A stretch of DNA of 63,233 bases, filler included, from Octopus bimaculoides (taxonomy: Eukaryota): the NCBI RefSeq assembly GCF_001194135.2. It is 7 parts of 7 records of this genome, joined end to end, with 100 filler letters (N's around TTAATTAATTAA, not from the genome) between each part and the next. Parts side by side here need not be neighbours in the genome. Positions count along the whole stretch, not along the records: positions 44,390 to 58,422 come from NC_068998.1; positions 58,523 to 63,233 come from NC_068981.1; 5 more parts are not named here. One strand, 5' to 3'. Shown one piece after another: positions 52,046 through 63,233 of the stretch (position 1 is the stretch's first letter; each line of letters begins with the position of its first letter). Position numbers and translations under genes: made by a program. The notes under the pieces were generated by a model, which saw only the letters and a program-made list of their open reading frames with translations, made no database searches and was not told the origin of the DNA.

Positions 52046-52855
52046 TTAGTATATTAGCTGTTGTATCAAAATCACTAGTTAACCTTGTAGGAATTACAAT
52101 ATAGATCCACAAACACATTAAGATAGAGGAAGACTAGTTGTGATTTGAACTCGAGAGTCAGAAGGAATTATTAATTAACCTAAGACATTCCGTCAAATGT
52201 TCCTCGATTTCTGCTACCTCAAAGCTATTAATTTTGTTAACCCATGGTTTACAGATTAGCCGCCAGGGTACAATTAATAGTATAATTTATAGAGAAACAA
52301 TATTATCGATTGGATCAATTGCAATGCTTAATTTTATTGGCCCACATAGTACAGAGTGCAAAATCAAACTGATCGATCAATGCTAGAATCCTAACCGTAT
52401 AGAACTAATTACAGCCAGATGCTTCGTCCACTTCAAATCTCTAATGAACTTCTATGGTCCAACAATTAATTTCTGTCTTCAGTTCAATTCCACAAATTTG
52501 AGAGAAGAAATAATGGGTAAAGACGACAAACACCGGATTAATTTACATACTGGTAATATTGTTGTTTGTCATTCTGTCGATTCTGTTACTCTACCTCGTT
52601 CGTAACAACGCTGCTGTTAATAATAATAACAGCAATAATATACTTATAATAAAATGTAATAGCAATGATATAGTTATAATAATAACAATAATAATTTAAG
52701 CAGTAATAATGTTGATGATAATAATAATGGTCTCAAATTTTGGCACAAGGCCAGTAATCTTGGGTGAGGAGAGATGTTGATTACATCGAACGCGGTACTG
52801 AATTGTTACTTATTTAATCGACCTAGAAAGAATGAAAGATAAAGTCGACTTCTGC

Positions 52856-52924
<69 letters not shown>

Positions 52925-53142
52925 CTATGATGAATGGTATGGAATAACCAGTGATTATTTAAGAAAAACGATCATAGAATATTTCACTAGATGGTTAAAA
53001 CCTGAGTTCGCTTTATGGAATTATAAACATTTCTTTAAGTGTATATCCAAGAGAATTAAAATAAAGATGCAGAATTATAATATCTACGAACTTTTTATTA
53101 TCACAGTCATTTATGAGGCATATTCTCATTAACATATATTTC

Positions 53143-53590
53143 TTATTTTTTTACTGTCCATAAGGGGCTAAACATAGAGGGAACAAACAAGGGATTAAGT
53201 CAATTACATCGACCCCAGTGCATAACTGGTACTTAATTTCTCGACCCCCGAAAGGAGGAAAAGTTAAGTTGACCTCGGCGGAATTTGAACCCAGAACGAA
53301 GCGGCAGACGAAATACCGCTAAGCATTTCGCCCGGCGTGCTAACGTTTCTTATTTCATATTTCTTTATTGCCCACAAGGGGCTAAACATAGAGGGGACAA
53401 ACACGGACAAACAAGGGATTAAGTCGATTACATCGACCCCAGTGCGTAACTGGTACTTAATTTATCGACCACGAAAGGATGAAAGGCAAAGTCGACCTCG
53501 GCGGAATTTGAACTCAGAACGTAACGACAGACTAAATACCGTTAAGCATTTCGCCCGGCATGCTAACGTTTCTGCCAGCTCGTCGCTTTA
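53143..53590 (+). repeat. Tandem dimer of the abundant dispersed repeat, low divergence
   Basis: Two units, each with the head ..attgcccacaaggggctaaacatagagg.. Confidence 0.9.
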
Positions 53591-54050
53591 TGTTTCTGTT
53601 GCATGGGTATCTTGTCATGTATGGCGTTTGTTTGCATCCTGATTAATATATAATCCTGGTTAAAGGCATGCGTCTTTATTCAGTTTAATACCTGACCTCG
53701 ATGCTACATCTAAACATTAAAGTCATTCTTGAGTCACTCTGATAATGGATTTTATAGCCATATTCATATTTCTCCCAATAGCTTCTCCTATTCTTTGCAC
53801 TCAACACAAATAGCGTTCTATCAACAATATGAAATCATTATAATCCAGTTCGCTTCAAACTTTGATAGTGGCAATACATTGAACAAAGCTGCATGGATAA
53901 GTTTTCAACCAGGATGAAGTCGGAATGCCACTGAGCTAACAGGAAAACCATATTACAAAATATCCCTGCAGGAGGAACAAAACGGAGAGAGGGTTAAAGA
54001 GAATATTCTGTATAAATGGCGGTAATGATAAAAACAGCGTAGATGCCTAC

Positions 54051-54114
<64 letters not shown>

Positions 54115-54777
54115 GTCTAGATATATACCACGGTTTACTTTCAGTTCCCGCCTACCAAATCTACTCACAATGCTTTGACAGGTTTGAGACTAAAGTAGAA
54201 ACGACTTGCCGAAGATGCCACGGAACGGGATTAGACAAGGAACCATGAGATTGAGAAGGAAACTTCTCACCACATACATAAATATGCGTCTATGTAGTCA
54301 TCTTATCAATATAAATTATTTAATCTGTAGGAAACCAATACAGCAAGTAGTCTAAATTTAAAATTGATACCAATATTAATCTAATTCAAATACACGCCAT
54401 GTTAGGTGCCGCAGTGGTGTAATATTTCTTCTACTATTAGCAGAGTAAACAGACAAATCAAGATCCAGAAAAACAATGTAAGATATTATATAACGATGTC
54501 AGAAGAGCTGAACATGAAAAAAAACAACCCAAATACATAAAGAATTAGCGTCAGATATAAAAATGTATATGGTAAAATATTAATGACAGGATAAGTATGT
54601 ATATACATACAGACACATACACATTTATACGTGTGTATGTGTGTATGTGATTTCGTGTGTGTGGGTGTCTGTGTTTGTGGGTGTGTCTGTGTTTGTGTGT
54701 GTGTGCGTGCGTGTGTGTAATGTGTGCCGTAATGTGTAATGTGTAATATAGCCGTACGATTCAAAATATCGCAACCG

Positions 54778-54817
<40 letters not shown>

Positions 54818-55711
54818 NNNNNNNNNNNNNNNNNNNNNNNNNNNNNNNNNNNNNNNNNNNNNNNNNNNNNNNNNNNNNNNNNNNNNNNNNNNNNNNNNNN
54901 NNNNNNNNNNNNNNNNNNNNNNNNNNNNNNNNNNNNNNNNNNNNNNNNNNNNNNNNNNNNNNNNNNNNNNNNNNNNNNNNNNNNNNNNNNNNNNNNNNNN
55001 NNNNNNNNNNNNNNNNNNNNNNNNNNNNNNNNNNNNNNNNNNNNNNNNNNNNNNNNNNNNNNNNNNNNNNNNNNNNNNNNNNNNNNNNNNNNNNNNNNNN
55101 NNNNNNNNNNNNNNNNNTATATATATATATATATATGTATTTGATGTATGTATACATAACTGGGGTATGGTTTTATACACACATACACATATACACACAC
55201 AGACAATACACACACAAATACACAAACATATATGTATACATGTATTTGTGCATGTATGTGTATGAGTGTCCGTTTGTGCGTGATTGTGCGTAGAAATGGA
55301 TTTAGCCGAAGGTATATCATGTTAGACTAAGTGTCAAAGCATGACTTTATGAAATTTTCTGATCCATCTATGTATAAACTGAAACATATTTCACCCATAG
55401 CTATAACACGATTGACGCTCCTCTCAAATACACACGCCATGATTGAGATACTTTACTCTCAGTATAACTCCGGAATGTTGTATGTGTTGATGTATAACCC
55501 TCGGTTAGCTCATCTTGAGTATGCATATAAATTCAGATTAATTCCAATCATGACCATCTAATCTTTGAATTATATTATTTCTATGTACTTGAAGTAGTTT
55601 ATATACACTATATAAAAGCATAAGTTAAAATAATAACGCAAAAATCTAGAATGAATATAAAAGAAGGGAGAAAGAAAAAGGAATATAAATGTTTCTGTTG
55701 TGATGACTATT

Positions 55712-55900
55712 TTTACCTCCGCCAATGAAAGAAGTTATGTTTTCATCAGCGTTGGTTTGTCCGTCTGTCTGTCTGTTTGCAAAATAACTCAAAAAATTGT
55801 GAACGATATTTGATGAAACTTGCAGTTTGTAAAGACACAAAGAACAGATGGTGAAATTTTGGTAGTGACCCGGGAATTTGTATGGATTCTTGAAGGATTT
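55712..55900 (+). mobile_element. Helentron-associated (DINE-1/HINE-like) non-autonomous element, 5' part
   Basis: ttacctccgccaa..gaagttatgttttcatc..(GTCT)n..gcaaaataactcaaaaa..tttgatgaaactt; recognised from the family pattern. Confidence 0.55.
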
Positions 55901-56401
55901 TTCATTTGTTATATTTTCTCTACATGAAGTATTACGTTACGTTCTTTGATTGTCATATAACAACAACAAAAACATCGCAAAATAGTATAGTCTATATGAA
56001 AACGAGCCTTGGCATTTATGAAATCAACAATAAATTTACGTAGATTAGAAAATTTGTTCTATAATTGATTCTATAAAAGATTTATCGGTCTATTTTAAAA
56101 ACTATTTTACTGTAAGTCGAGCGCTGAATGAAAGAGAACAGGGAAATATCTAACCGGTCAGAAGCGACATTGCGTCGTTTATATAAAATCTAAGTTAAAT
56201 AAGAAGCACGAACAAAAATACCAATTTCAAGCTATTCGTAGTCTAATGTCGCCATTTTTTTTATATTACCTCCTTTTCCTTCTTTTTTTTTTATCATATT
56301 CGGCATATTTCTATCAATTTCATGCTCGCGAGCTATGTCTGTGTGAGTAAATATGACTTCACTGCGTTTGATGGTGAGTGAGACTGTGTATATATATATA
56401 G

Positions 56402-56435
<34 letters not shown>

Positions 56436-56705
56436 TGTTCTGTCTAAGCTTTCGTATGCATACACATTCAAATGTGTGTAGATACTGTAAAAGAAATATA
56501 ATCAAGTGCGTTGTAGAGAGAGATCGATCAGGTACTTTGCATTCTTCTAATCAACGTACAATGTGCATATGTATTCGTAAACATTTACATGCATGCTTGT
56601 ATGTGTGTATGTATGCATGTATGTATGACTCTATCTCTCTCACTCTTTCTCTCTCTCTCTCTCTGTCTATCTGTCTCTGTCTGTCTGTCTGTCTGTCTGT
56701 CTGTA

Positions 56706-56775
<70 letters not shown>

Positions 56776-56940
56776 CAAACATACATGTATATCAATGCAT
56801 GCATTTTATATATTCAGTAGGTATGTATCTATACATACACACACACATACACACACACACGCACACAGGCACACAGACAGACAGACACACACACACACAC
56901 ATATATATATCTACATATACACACACATATATATATATAC

Positions 56941-56989
<49 letters not shown>

Positions 56990-57393
56990 NNNNNNNNNNN
57001 NNNNNNNNNNNNNNNNNNNNNNNNNNNNNNNNNNNNNNNNNNNNNNNNNNNNNNNNNNNNNNNNNNNNNNNNNNNNNNNNNNNNNNNNNNNNNNNNNNNN
57101 NNNNNNNNNNNNNNNNNNNNNNNNNNNNNNNNNNNNNNNNNNNNNNNNNNNNNNNNNNNNNNNNNNNNNNNNNNNNNNNNNNNNNNNNNNNNNNNNNNNN
57201 NNNNNNNNNNNNNNNNNNNNNNNNNNNNNNNNNNNNNNNNNNNNNNNNNNNNNNNNNNNNNNNNNNNNNNNNNNNNNNNNNNNNNNNNNNNNNNNNNNNN
57301 NNATAAAATTCTAGGCAAGTTCTTAAACATAAAGTCACGTACATTAGCCAAACAGCAGTCGGCAAAATGAAAAAGCAACAAAAAATAAAAAAT

Positions 57394-57434
<41 letters not shown>

Positions 57435-57781
57435 GAGAGAGAAAGAGAGACAGAGAGAGATATAGAGAGAGATAGAGAGAGAGTGAGAGAAAAGAAGGAA
57501 AAATATATGAGTTCGTACGAAGAATAGTTTTTGCAAAGATTATGGTGGAAAAGAGAAAAATGAAAGGCTATTTACATGCTCACACACGAATATGCATACC
57601 CGCTTATGTAGACAGACACGGACATATATATGTATATATTACATACGCACACAAATATGCACAAATACACACATACATTTATGTATGTAAATATATATGT
57701 ATATATAAACATATACATACGTCCATATATGCATATATATGTATATATGCATATACGTATATACGTATATGCATATATATA

Positions 57782-57822
<41 letters not shown>

Positions 57823-58353
57823 GTGTGTGTATATAAATATATTTATACACATATATATATATATATATATACATATATACATACGTATATATTTGTATAT
57901 ATACGTATATACGTACTATTTTACATATTCATATTAATAAGAGTTTGCACAGCAATGCAGAGAATCATATTTATTCAAGCATGCAGGCACACACACGCAT
58001 AGACGCATGAATGTACCCACACACACATACACACACATATATGTATATATGTATGCATACATCAGAATTATTCAAAAACTAAATATATAAACGATCTTCA
58101 GAAATCCACATTATGGACAATAAAAATTTACCAAAGACTTTCGAAAACAGATTAGAACTTGTTCACATATCCAGGAATAATTAATGAAATTCGATGAGGT
58201 TTTACCATTTGCTTGGAGCTATTGGAATTGAAAATATTACAGAAATCTGCAAAAGATCTATTTTGTGTATTATTTTACTAAATTTGCTTTGCGTAGGAAA
58301 TTATCCATTTGTCTGTATACTTTGTGAATTTTATGTATGTGTGAATTATCGGC

Positions 58354-58393
<40 letters not shown>

Positions 58394-58525
58394 AAACATA
58401 TGGTTATACATATATATATTATNNNNNNNNNNNNNNNNNNNNNNNNNNNNNNNNNNNNNNNNNNNNTTAATTAATTAANNNNNNNNNNNNNNNNNNNNNN
58501 NNNNNNNNNNNNNNNNNNNNNNCTT

Positions 58526-58588
58526 TAACCCTAACCCTAACCCCAACCCTAACCCCAACCCTAACTCTAGGGTTAGGGTTAGGGTTAA
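58526..58588. repeat. Inverted telomere-type repeats (TAACCC)n-(GGGTTA)n
   Basis: Directly visible; about six CCCTAA-type units then three GGGTTA units. Confidence 0.9.
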
Positions 58589-58984
58589 TTGTTTCAGAAT
58601 CGTTTGTTTATGTAGTCGGCACTTAATGTATATCGGCTGAATGGACGTCAGTGATTGGTTGAAATTACAGAAATACGACAACTTTAAAATGGAATAACTT
58701 ATGGATTTCTTTTTTTTTTTAAGAAGACTAAGAGAAAAAGATGTTTTATATGAAACATTCTACCAGTGTTCCAAGTTTCAAAGTGTTTCGTTAATGAAAA
58801 ATGTGGCCCCCGTTTTAAAAAAGATCCAGTCGACCTACGTGGAATTTGATCCCAGAACGTAAAGACGGACGAAACTCCGCTGAGCATTTTGTCCGGCGTG
58901 CTAACGATTCTGCAAGCTCACCCACTTAATCTGTTGCTTCATAATGATTAAGAAACACGACTAGCGATTAGGGGAATACCACGA

Positions 58985-59560
58985 ATGTATTTGCTTGTGA
59001 CTTGGAAATGAACAAGAAAGCCGAGGTGAAAATAGAAAATTTCACTGTTATTTGATTCATGTCTTTGTCCAGCGGTGAAAACATAGCCTTGAACATAAAG
59101 AATTGTTGTCAGCTGATAATGTTTTTTATTAACCCTAGAATCTTGATATCTTTCAGACCTGCAATGCTGTCGCAGCAGTTTACTTATCAAACTCTGATTC
59201 CTCCTCACACCAACCCATGAATCAGGGTGTAATGTCTAATATCAAATCCCACTACATCCGTCTCACTGCCAGCCAGCTTGTTGAAGAAATAGGTAACGAA
59301 GATAAGCAATCTCAGAAACAACTGTATATTGTGACGGCCATGGATTATATCAATGCAGTCCGGAATGAAGTAACCGAGAACTGCATGAACAGAGTTTGCA
59401 AGAAGTTATGGTCAAAAGTATGCAATGACTTCTTGAACCTTTTTGAAAAAATACTTACCAACAGCAGTCATAAATAACATCTTTGAGCTGTTGGTCAATG
59501 AAGGGAGAATTCAAAATATCAAAGTGGAGTATTTCGGAGAGTCAGTAGATCAACAAGAGC
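58985..59560 (+). mobile_element. Tigger/pogo DDE_1 transposase remnant
   Basis: LVTWK.NKKA and QPMNQGVMSNIKSHYIRLTASQLV...EVTENCMNRVCKKLWSKVCNDF. Confidence 0.8.
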
Positions 59561-60488
59561 GAGCACATTAACACACCCAAAATGAGCCTGAAAACACCTA
59601 CTGTAGAGCCAGTAACACTAGAAAGTATCTTCCCAACTGAATTCCTCAGTAATAACATCNNNNNNNNNNNNNNNNNNNNNNNNNNNNNNNNNNNNNNNNN
59701 NNNNNNNNNNNNNNNNNNNNNNNNNNNNNNNNNNNNNNNNNNNNNNNNNNNNNNNNNNNNNNNNNNNNNNNNNNNNNNNNNNNNNNNNNNNNNNNNNNNN
59801 NNNNNNNNNNNNNNNNNNNNNNNNNNNNNNNNNNNNNNNNNNNNNNNNNNNNNNNNNNNNNNNNNNNNNNNNNNNNNNNNNNNNNNNNNNNNNNNNNNNN
59901 NNNNNNNNNNNNNNNNNNNNNNNNNNNNNNNNNNNNNNNNNNNNNNNNNNNNNNNNNNNNNNNNNNNNNNNNNNNNNNNNNNNNNNNNNNNNNNNNNNNN
60001 NNNNNNNNNNNNNNNNNNNNNNNNNNNNNNNNNNNNNNNNNNNNNNNNNNNNNNNNNNNNNNNNNNNNNNNNNNNNNNNNNNNNNNNNNNNNNNNNNNNN
60101 NNNNNNNNNNNNNNNNNNNNNNNNNNNNNNNNNNNNNNNNNNNNNNNNNNNNNNNNNNNNNNNNNNNNNNNNNNNNNNNNNNNNNNNNNNNNNNNNNNNN
60201 NNNNNNNNNNNNNNNNNNNNNNNNNNNNNNNNNNNNNNNNNNNNNNNNNNNNNNNNNNNNNNNNNNNNNNNNNNNNNNNNNNNNNNNNNNNNNNNNNNNN
60301 NNNNNNNNNNNNNNNNNNNNNNNNNNNNNNNNNNNNNNNNNNNNNNNNNNNNNNNNNNNNNNNNNNNNNNNNNNNNNNNNNNNNNNNNNNNNNNNNNNNN
60401 NNNNNNNNNNNNNNNNNNNNNNNNNNNNNNNNNNNNNNNNNNNNNNNNNNNNNNNNNNNNNNNNNNNNNNNNNNNNNNNNNNNNNNNN

Positions 60489-60599
<111 letters not shown>

Positions 60600-60790
60600 A
60601 TAGTTTTATTTTTATAACGTGTTTTCACTGAACTACCGAGCACAGCTCTGTGACTTCGGTACGTGCTGTGGTTTGTTGTGATGCTCTTATGGTTACTGTA
60701 TTGAAAGTGTTTTATGTAAAATGCGTGCAGTACCTAGTAGTGCTATTTTCTGTATGTTATATGTAATTGTTAGTCCTGGTGTTTTTGTTA
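60600..60790 (-). mobile_element. 3' end of an R4/Dong-type element with (AAT)n tail
   Basis: Minus strand NIQKIALLGTARILHKTLSIQ*, then UTR and tail. Confidence 0.75.
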
Positions 60791-61365
60791 TTTATTATGT
60801 TTTTGTTATTTATTGCTAAGAGCAATATATTGGATGGTTGGAGTAGGGGCGAAAAAGCATTGCGTGGTTCAAATCTTATTTCGAATGACAGAATTGACAC
60901 GGAAGGGAATAACTCATGAATCTCTATTGGCTTTGTCGCTTCTGCAGGACAATATCACCAAAACTGCACTAAATCATTTTGACACTATATATAGTAAACG
61001 AAATAAATGTAGCAATATACTACACTTTATCGTGCAGTTACTGTTAATACTTCATTTAGAGAATTAACATTGAAATAAATGTAGTAAGGAGTCTAGTTTG
61101 GGAGTTTTCACTTGTGAATGGTTTAAATGAGTGTTACTAATAGAGGGTGGAGCTGTGAGGATAGAAAAGTTAACGGGTGCATTACCATGCTTAATATAAA
61201 TAAGACGTTTTCAAACTTGTTAAACTTGTCCAACATCAAGGTGAAGAAATAAGAGCTATGCACGAACAGACCTCATTTTGTCTTCTTATTAGCAAAGAGG
61301 GTGAGTTGGGCAAATGTTTTACATATTACAATGAAAAAGATCAAGTTCGCATTACTCATGTAAAG

Positions 61366-61631
61366 CGTTCATGCATGATAACGCTACAAAACTGCTGAAA
61401 GGCACACCGGTGCACAGTGCATTCGAAAAGTGTTCGCTATCTCCAGGCTGTAGTCTATCGAGCGAATGCAATGCACATAATATCGGTGCTAGGTCAATTA
61501 AATACTGTACACTAGTAGCTTGTAGGGCTGAGCAGAATCAAGAACACTTCAAAATTATTACGAAAACCTCAGTTAACTACTCAACGAAACACAACTCAAC
61601 GAGGTCATATAAAAAATCACAGTTATTTTGA
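61366..61631 (+). CDS. Possible PAN/apple-like Cys-rich exon
   Basis: Open frame ..KLLKGTPVHSAFEKCSLSPGCSLSSECNAHNIGARSIKYCTLVAC..; resembles C-xn-C-x5-C-xA-x..C-xL. Splice sites only moderate. Confidence 0.3.
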
Positions 61632-62070
61632 TGAAGATTCCGATATCAACAATGGTATCTTTTTGTAACTTCTACATTTTTTAACCAAGAATATTCCTTA
61701 GTTAAGGTTTTGAGAAGCCTAATGGTGTAGCAAATACGAACGATATTCATAGAGGTTTAAGAACAAGAATAAAGACGTGTTCTCCACTAGCTACATCTAT
61801 AGTCATTGCTATGGACATCTCCTAAATCTTCCTATTTAAGACATCAGGGTACTGATCCACAACAAGATGCCTTAGGAACCATTCGGAGCCGCTAAAACTA
61901 GTAACAAATGACGTAATGACACATACTCTTTGAAAGCATCGCAGCGATGTATGTATGTTATCAATCAGTTTCATTTCTGTATTTCTTGTCAATAGAGAAA
62001 GAGCCGGACTCTAACATAGATTCAAGGCTCCTTCATTGGAACTTTTATCAACATCATCTAGGTATTTGTG

Positions 62071-62121
<51 letters not shown>

Positions 62122-62214
62122 TTTGGTGTTAGTGTATACGCAGATTTGTATGTTTGTTTTATGGATGCGTTTTTATGTATATATTTTCATGTCTAGATGC
62201 ATGCGTATGTATTT

Positions 62215-62320
62215 ATGTGCTAAATTTTTTACAGTTCCATTGATGGCTTGAATCTGTAGTCTTCTAATCAACCTTTTTCTTTCAGGTTTTGAGAACCCTA
62301 ATTTTTCCAGGTTTTTGTTA
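62215..62320 (-). mobile_element. RLE non-LTR element C-terminal fragment
   Basis: NLEKLGFSKPERKRLIRRLQIQAINGTVK; same family as 62690-62940. Confidence 0.7.
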
Positions 62321-62689
62321 TGTATGTATGTATGTATAATGTATGTATGTATAATGTATGTATGTATGTATGTATGCATGCATATGGGACGCTTTGGTTA
62401 AGAAGATATATGGGTTGATTTACCTGAAATTTTACAGATAAAACCACAAACATAACTTTTTAAAGAATAAATTCTGGGGTCGATTTGTTCGACTAAAGGC
62501 ATGGCTGCAATCAAATGACTGAAATAAAAGAATCAACAGCAGGGTATTTTTGTATGTATGTATGTATGTATGTATGTATGTATGTATGTATGTATGTATG
62601 TATGTATGCGTGTATGTGCAGATTTGTATGTTTTATGTATGTATTCTCATGCATATAGTTGCATATCTAGACATGCTCATATATATTTA

Positions 62690-62940
62690 AATGATAAACT
62701 TTCGGAAAGTTTTACAGATTTTTTACAGTTCCAGTGATGGATTGGATCTGTCTTCGCATTAGCTTTCTCCTTTTTAGTTTTGAGAAGCCTAATTTCCCAA
62801 GATTGGTATTTAGGCAGTGTGTTATATATTCAAGGGCACCAATAATTACAGGTATAAACCTGAACTTGTAATTTGGACAGAGTAACTACAGATTTCGCAA
62901 TAGTTCAGCATAGATGTTCTCTTTTTCACTGATCTTCAGC
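62690..62940 (-). mobile_element. RLE non-LTR element 3' end
   Basis: EKENIYAELLRNL*LLCPNYKFRFIPVIIGALEYITHCLNTNLGKLGFSK..QIQSITGTVK. Confidence 0.8.
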
Positions 62941-63046
62941 TTTGTATGTATGTATGTATGTATGTATGTATGTATGTATGTATGTATGTATGTATGTATG
63001 CATGTAGGTAGGTAGGTAGGTAGGTAGGTATGTATGTATGTATGTG

Positions 63047-63233
63047 TGGAGGCGCAATGGCCCAGTGGTTAGGGCAACGGACTCGCGGTCATAGGAGCGT
63101 GGTTTCGATTCCCAGACCGGGCGTTGTGAGTGTTTATTGAGCGAAAACACCTAACGCTCCACGAGGCACCGGCAGGGGATGGTGGCGAACCCTGCTGTAC
63201 TCTTTCACCACAATTTTCTCTCACTCTTTCTTC
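63047..63233 (+). mobile_element. tRNA(Arg)-like SINE, runs off the window
   Basis: Homologous to 10421-10785. Confidence 0.85.

Noticed and set aside
52519-52640. Hydrophobic frame GLIYILVILLFVILSILLLYLVR
   Set aside because: No start codon or credible acceptor in that frame; explainable by T-rich composition.
58100-58260. LRR-like wording LELVHISRNN..INEIR
   Set aside because: Needs a frameshift and a stop, and lacks LRR-type splice sites.

Overview
Eukaryotic, AT-rich, microsatellite-dense, heavily gapped scaffold. The repeat families look like those of Octopus; this is my recognition, not a search result. Real coding content is small. (i) A + strand multi-exon gene enters from the left with two 72-nt phase-2 LRR exons (430-501, 992-1063) in a 562-bp exon+intron tandem duplication, followed by a phase-compatible CCxGW exon (2696-2772). 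(ii) A - strand 162-nt phase-1 exon (9408-9569) encodes a six-Cys VWC/pacifastin-like module. A possible PAN/apple-like ORF lies near 61.4 kb. The rest is mostly decayed mobile DNA: R4/Dong-type RLE retroelements, RTE, tRNA-derived SINEs, Tc1, mariner, maT (DD37D), Tigger/pogo, a TTAA MITE and a Helentron-like element. The most interesting unannotated signal is a set of minimal type I hammerhead-ribozyme motifs in divergent inverted repeats. They occur in a 366-bp palindrome at 16.1-16.5 kb, in a truncated Penelope-like element with an inverted terminal repeat and embedded tRNA-like Pol III boxes at 21.7-22.2 kb, as a near-intact motif at 46.9 kb, and as a weaker motif at 32.0 kb. Nearly all ORFs in the supplied track are low-complexity or N-gap artefacts. 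I found no CRISPR, rRNA or genuine tRNA genes.
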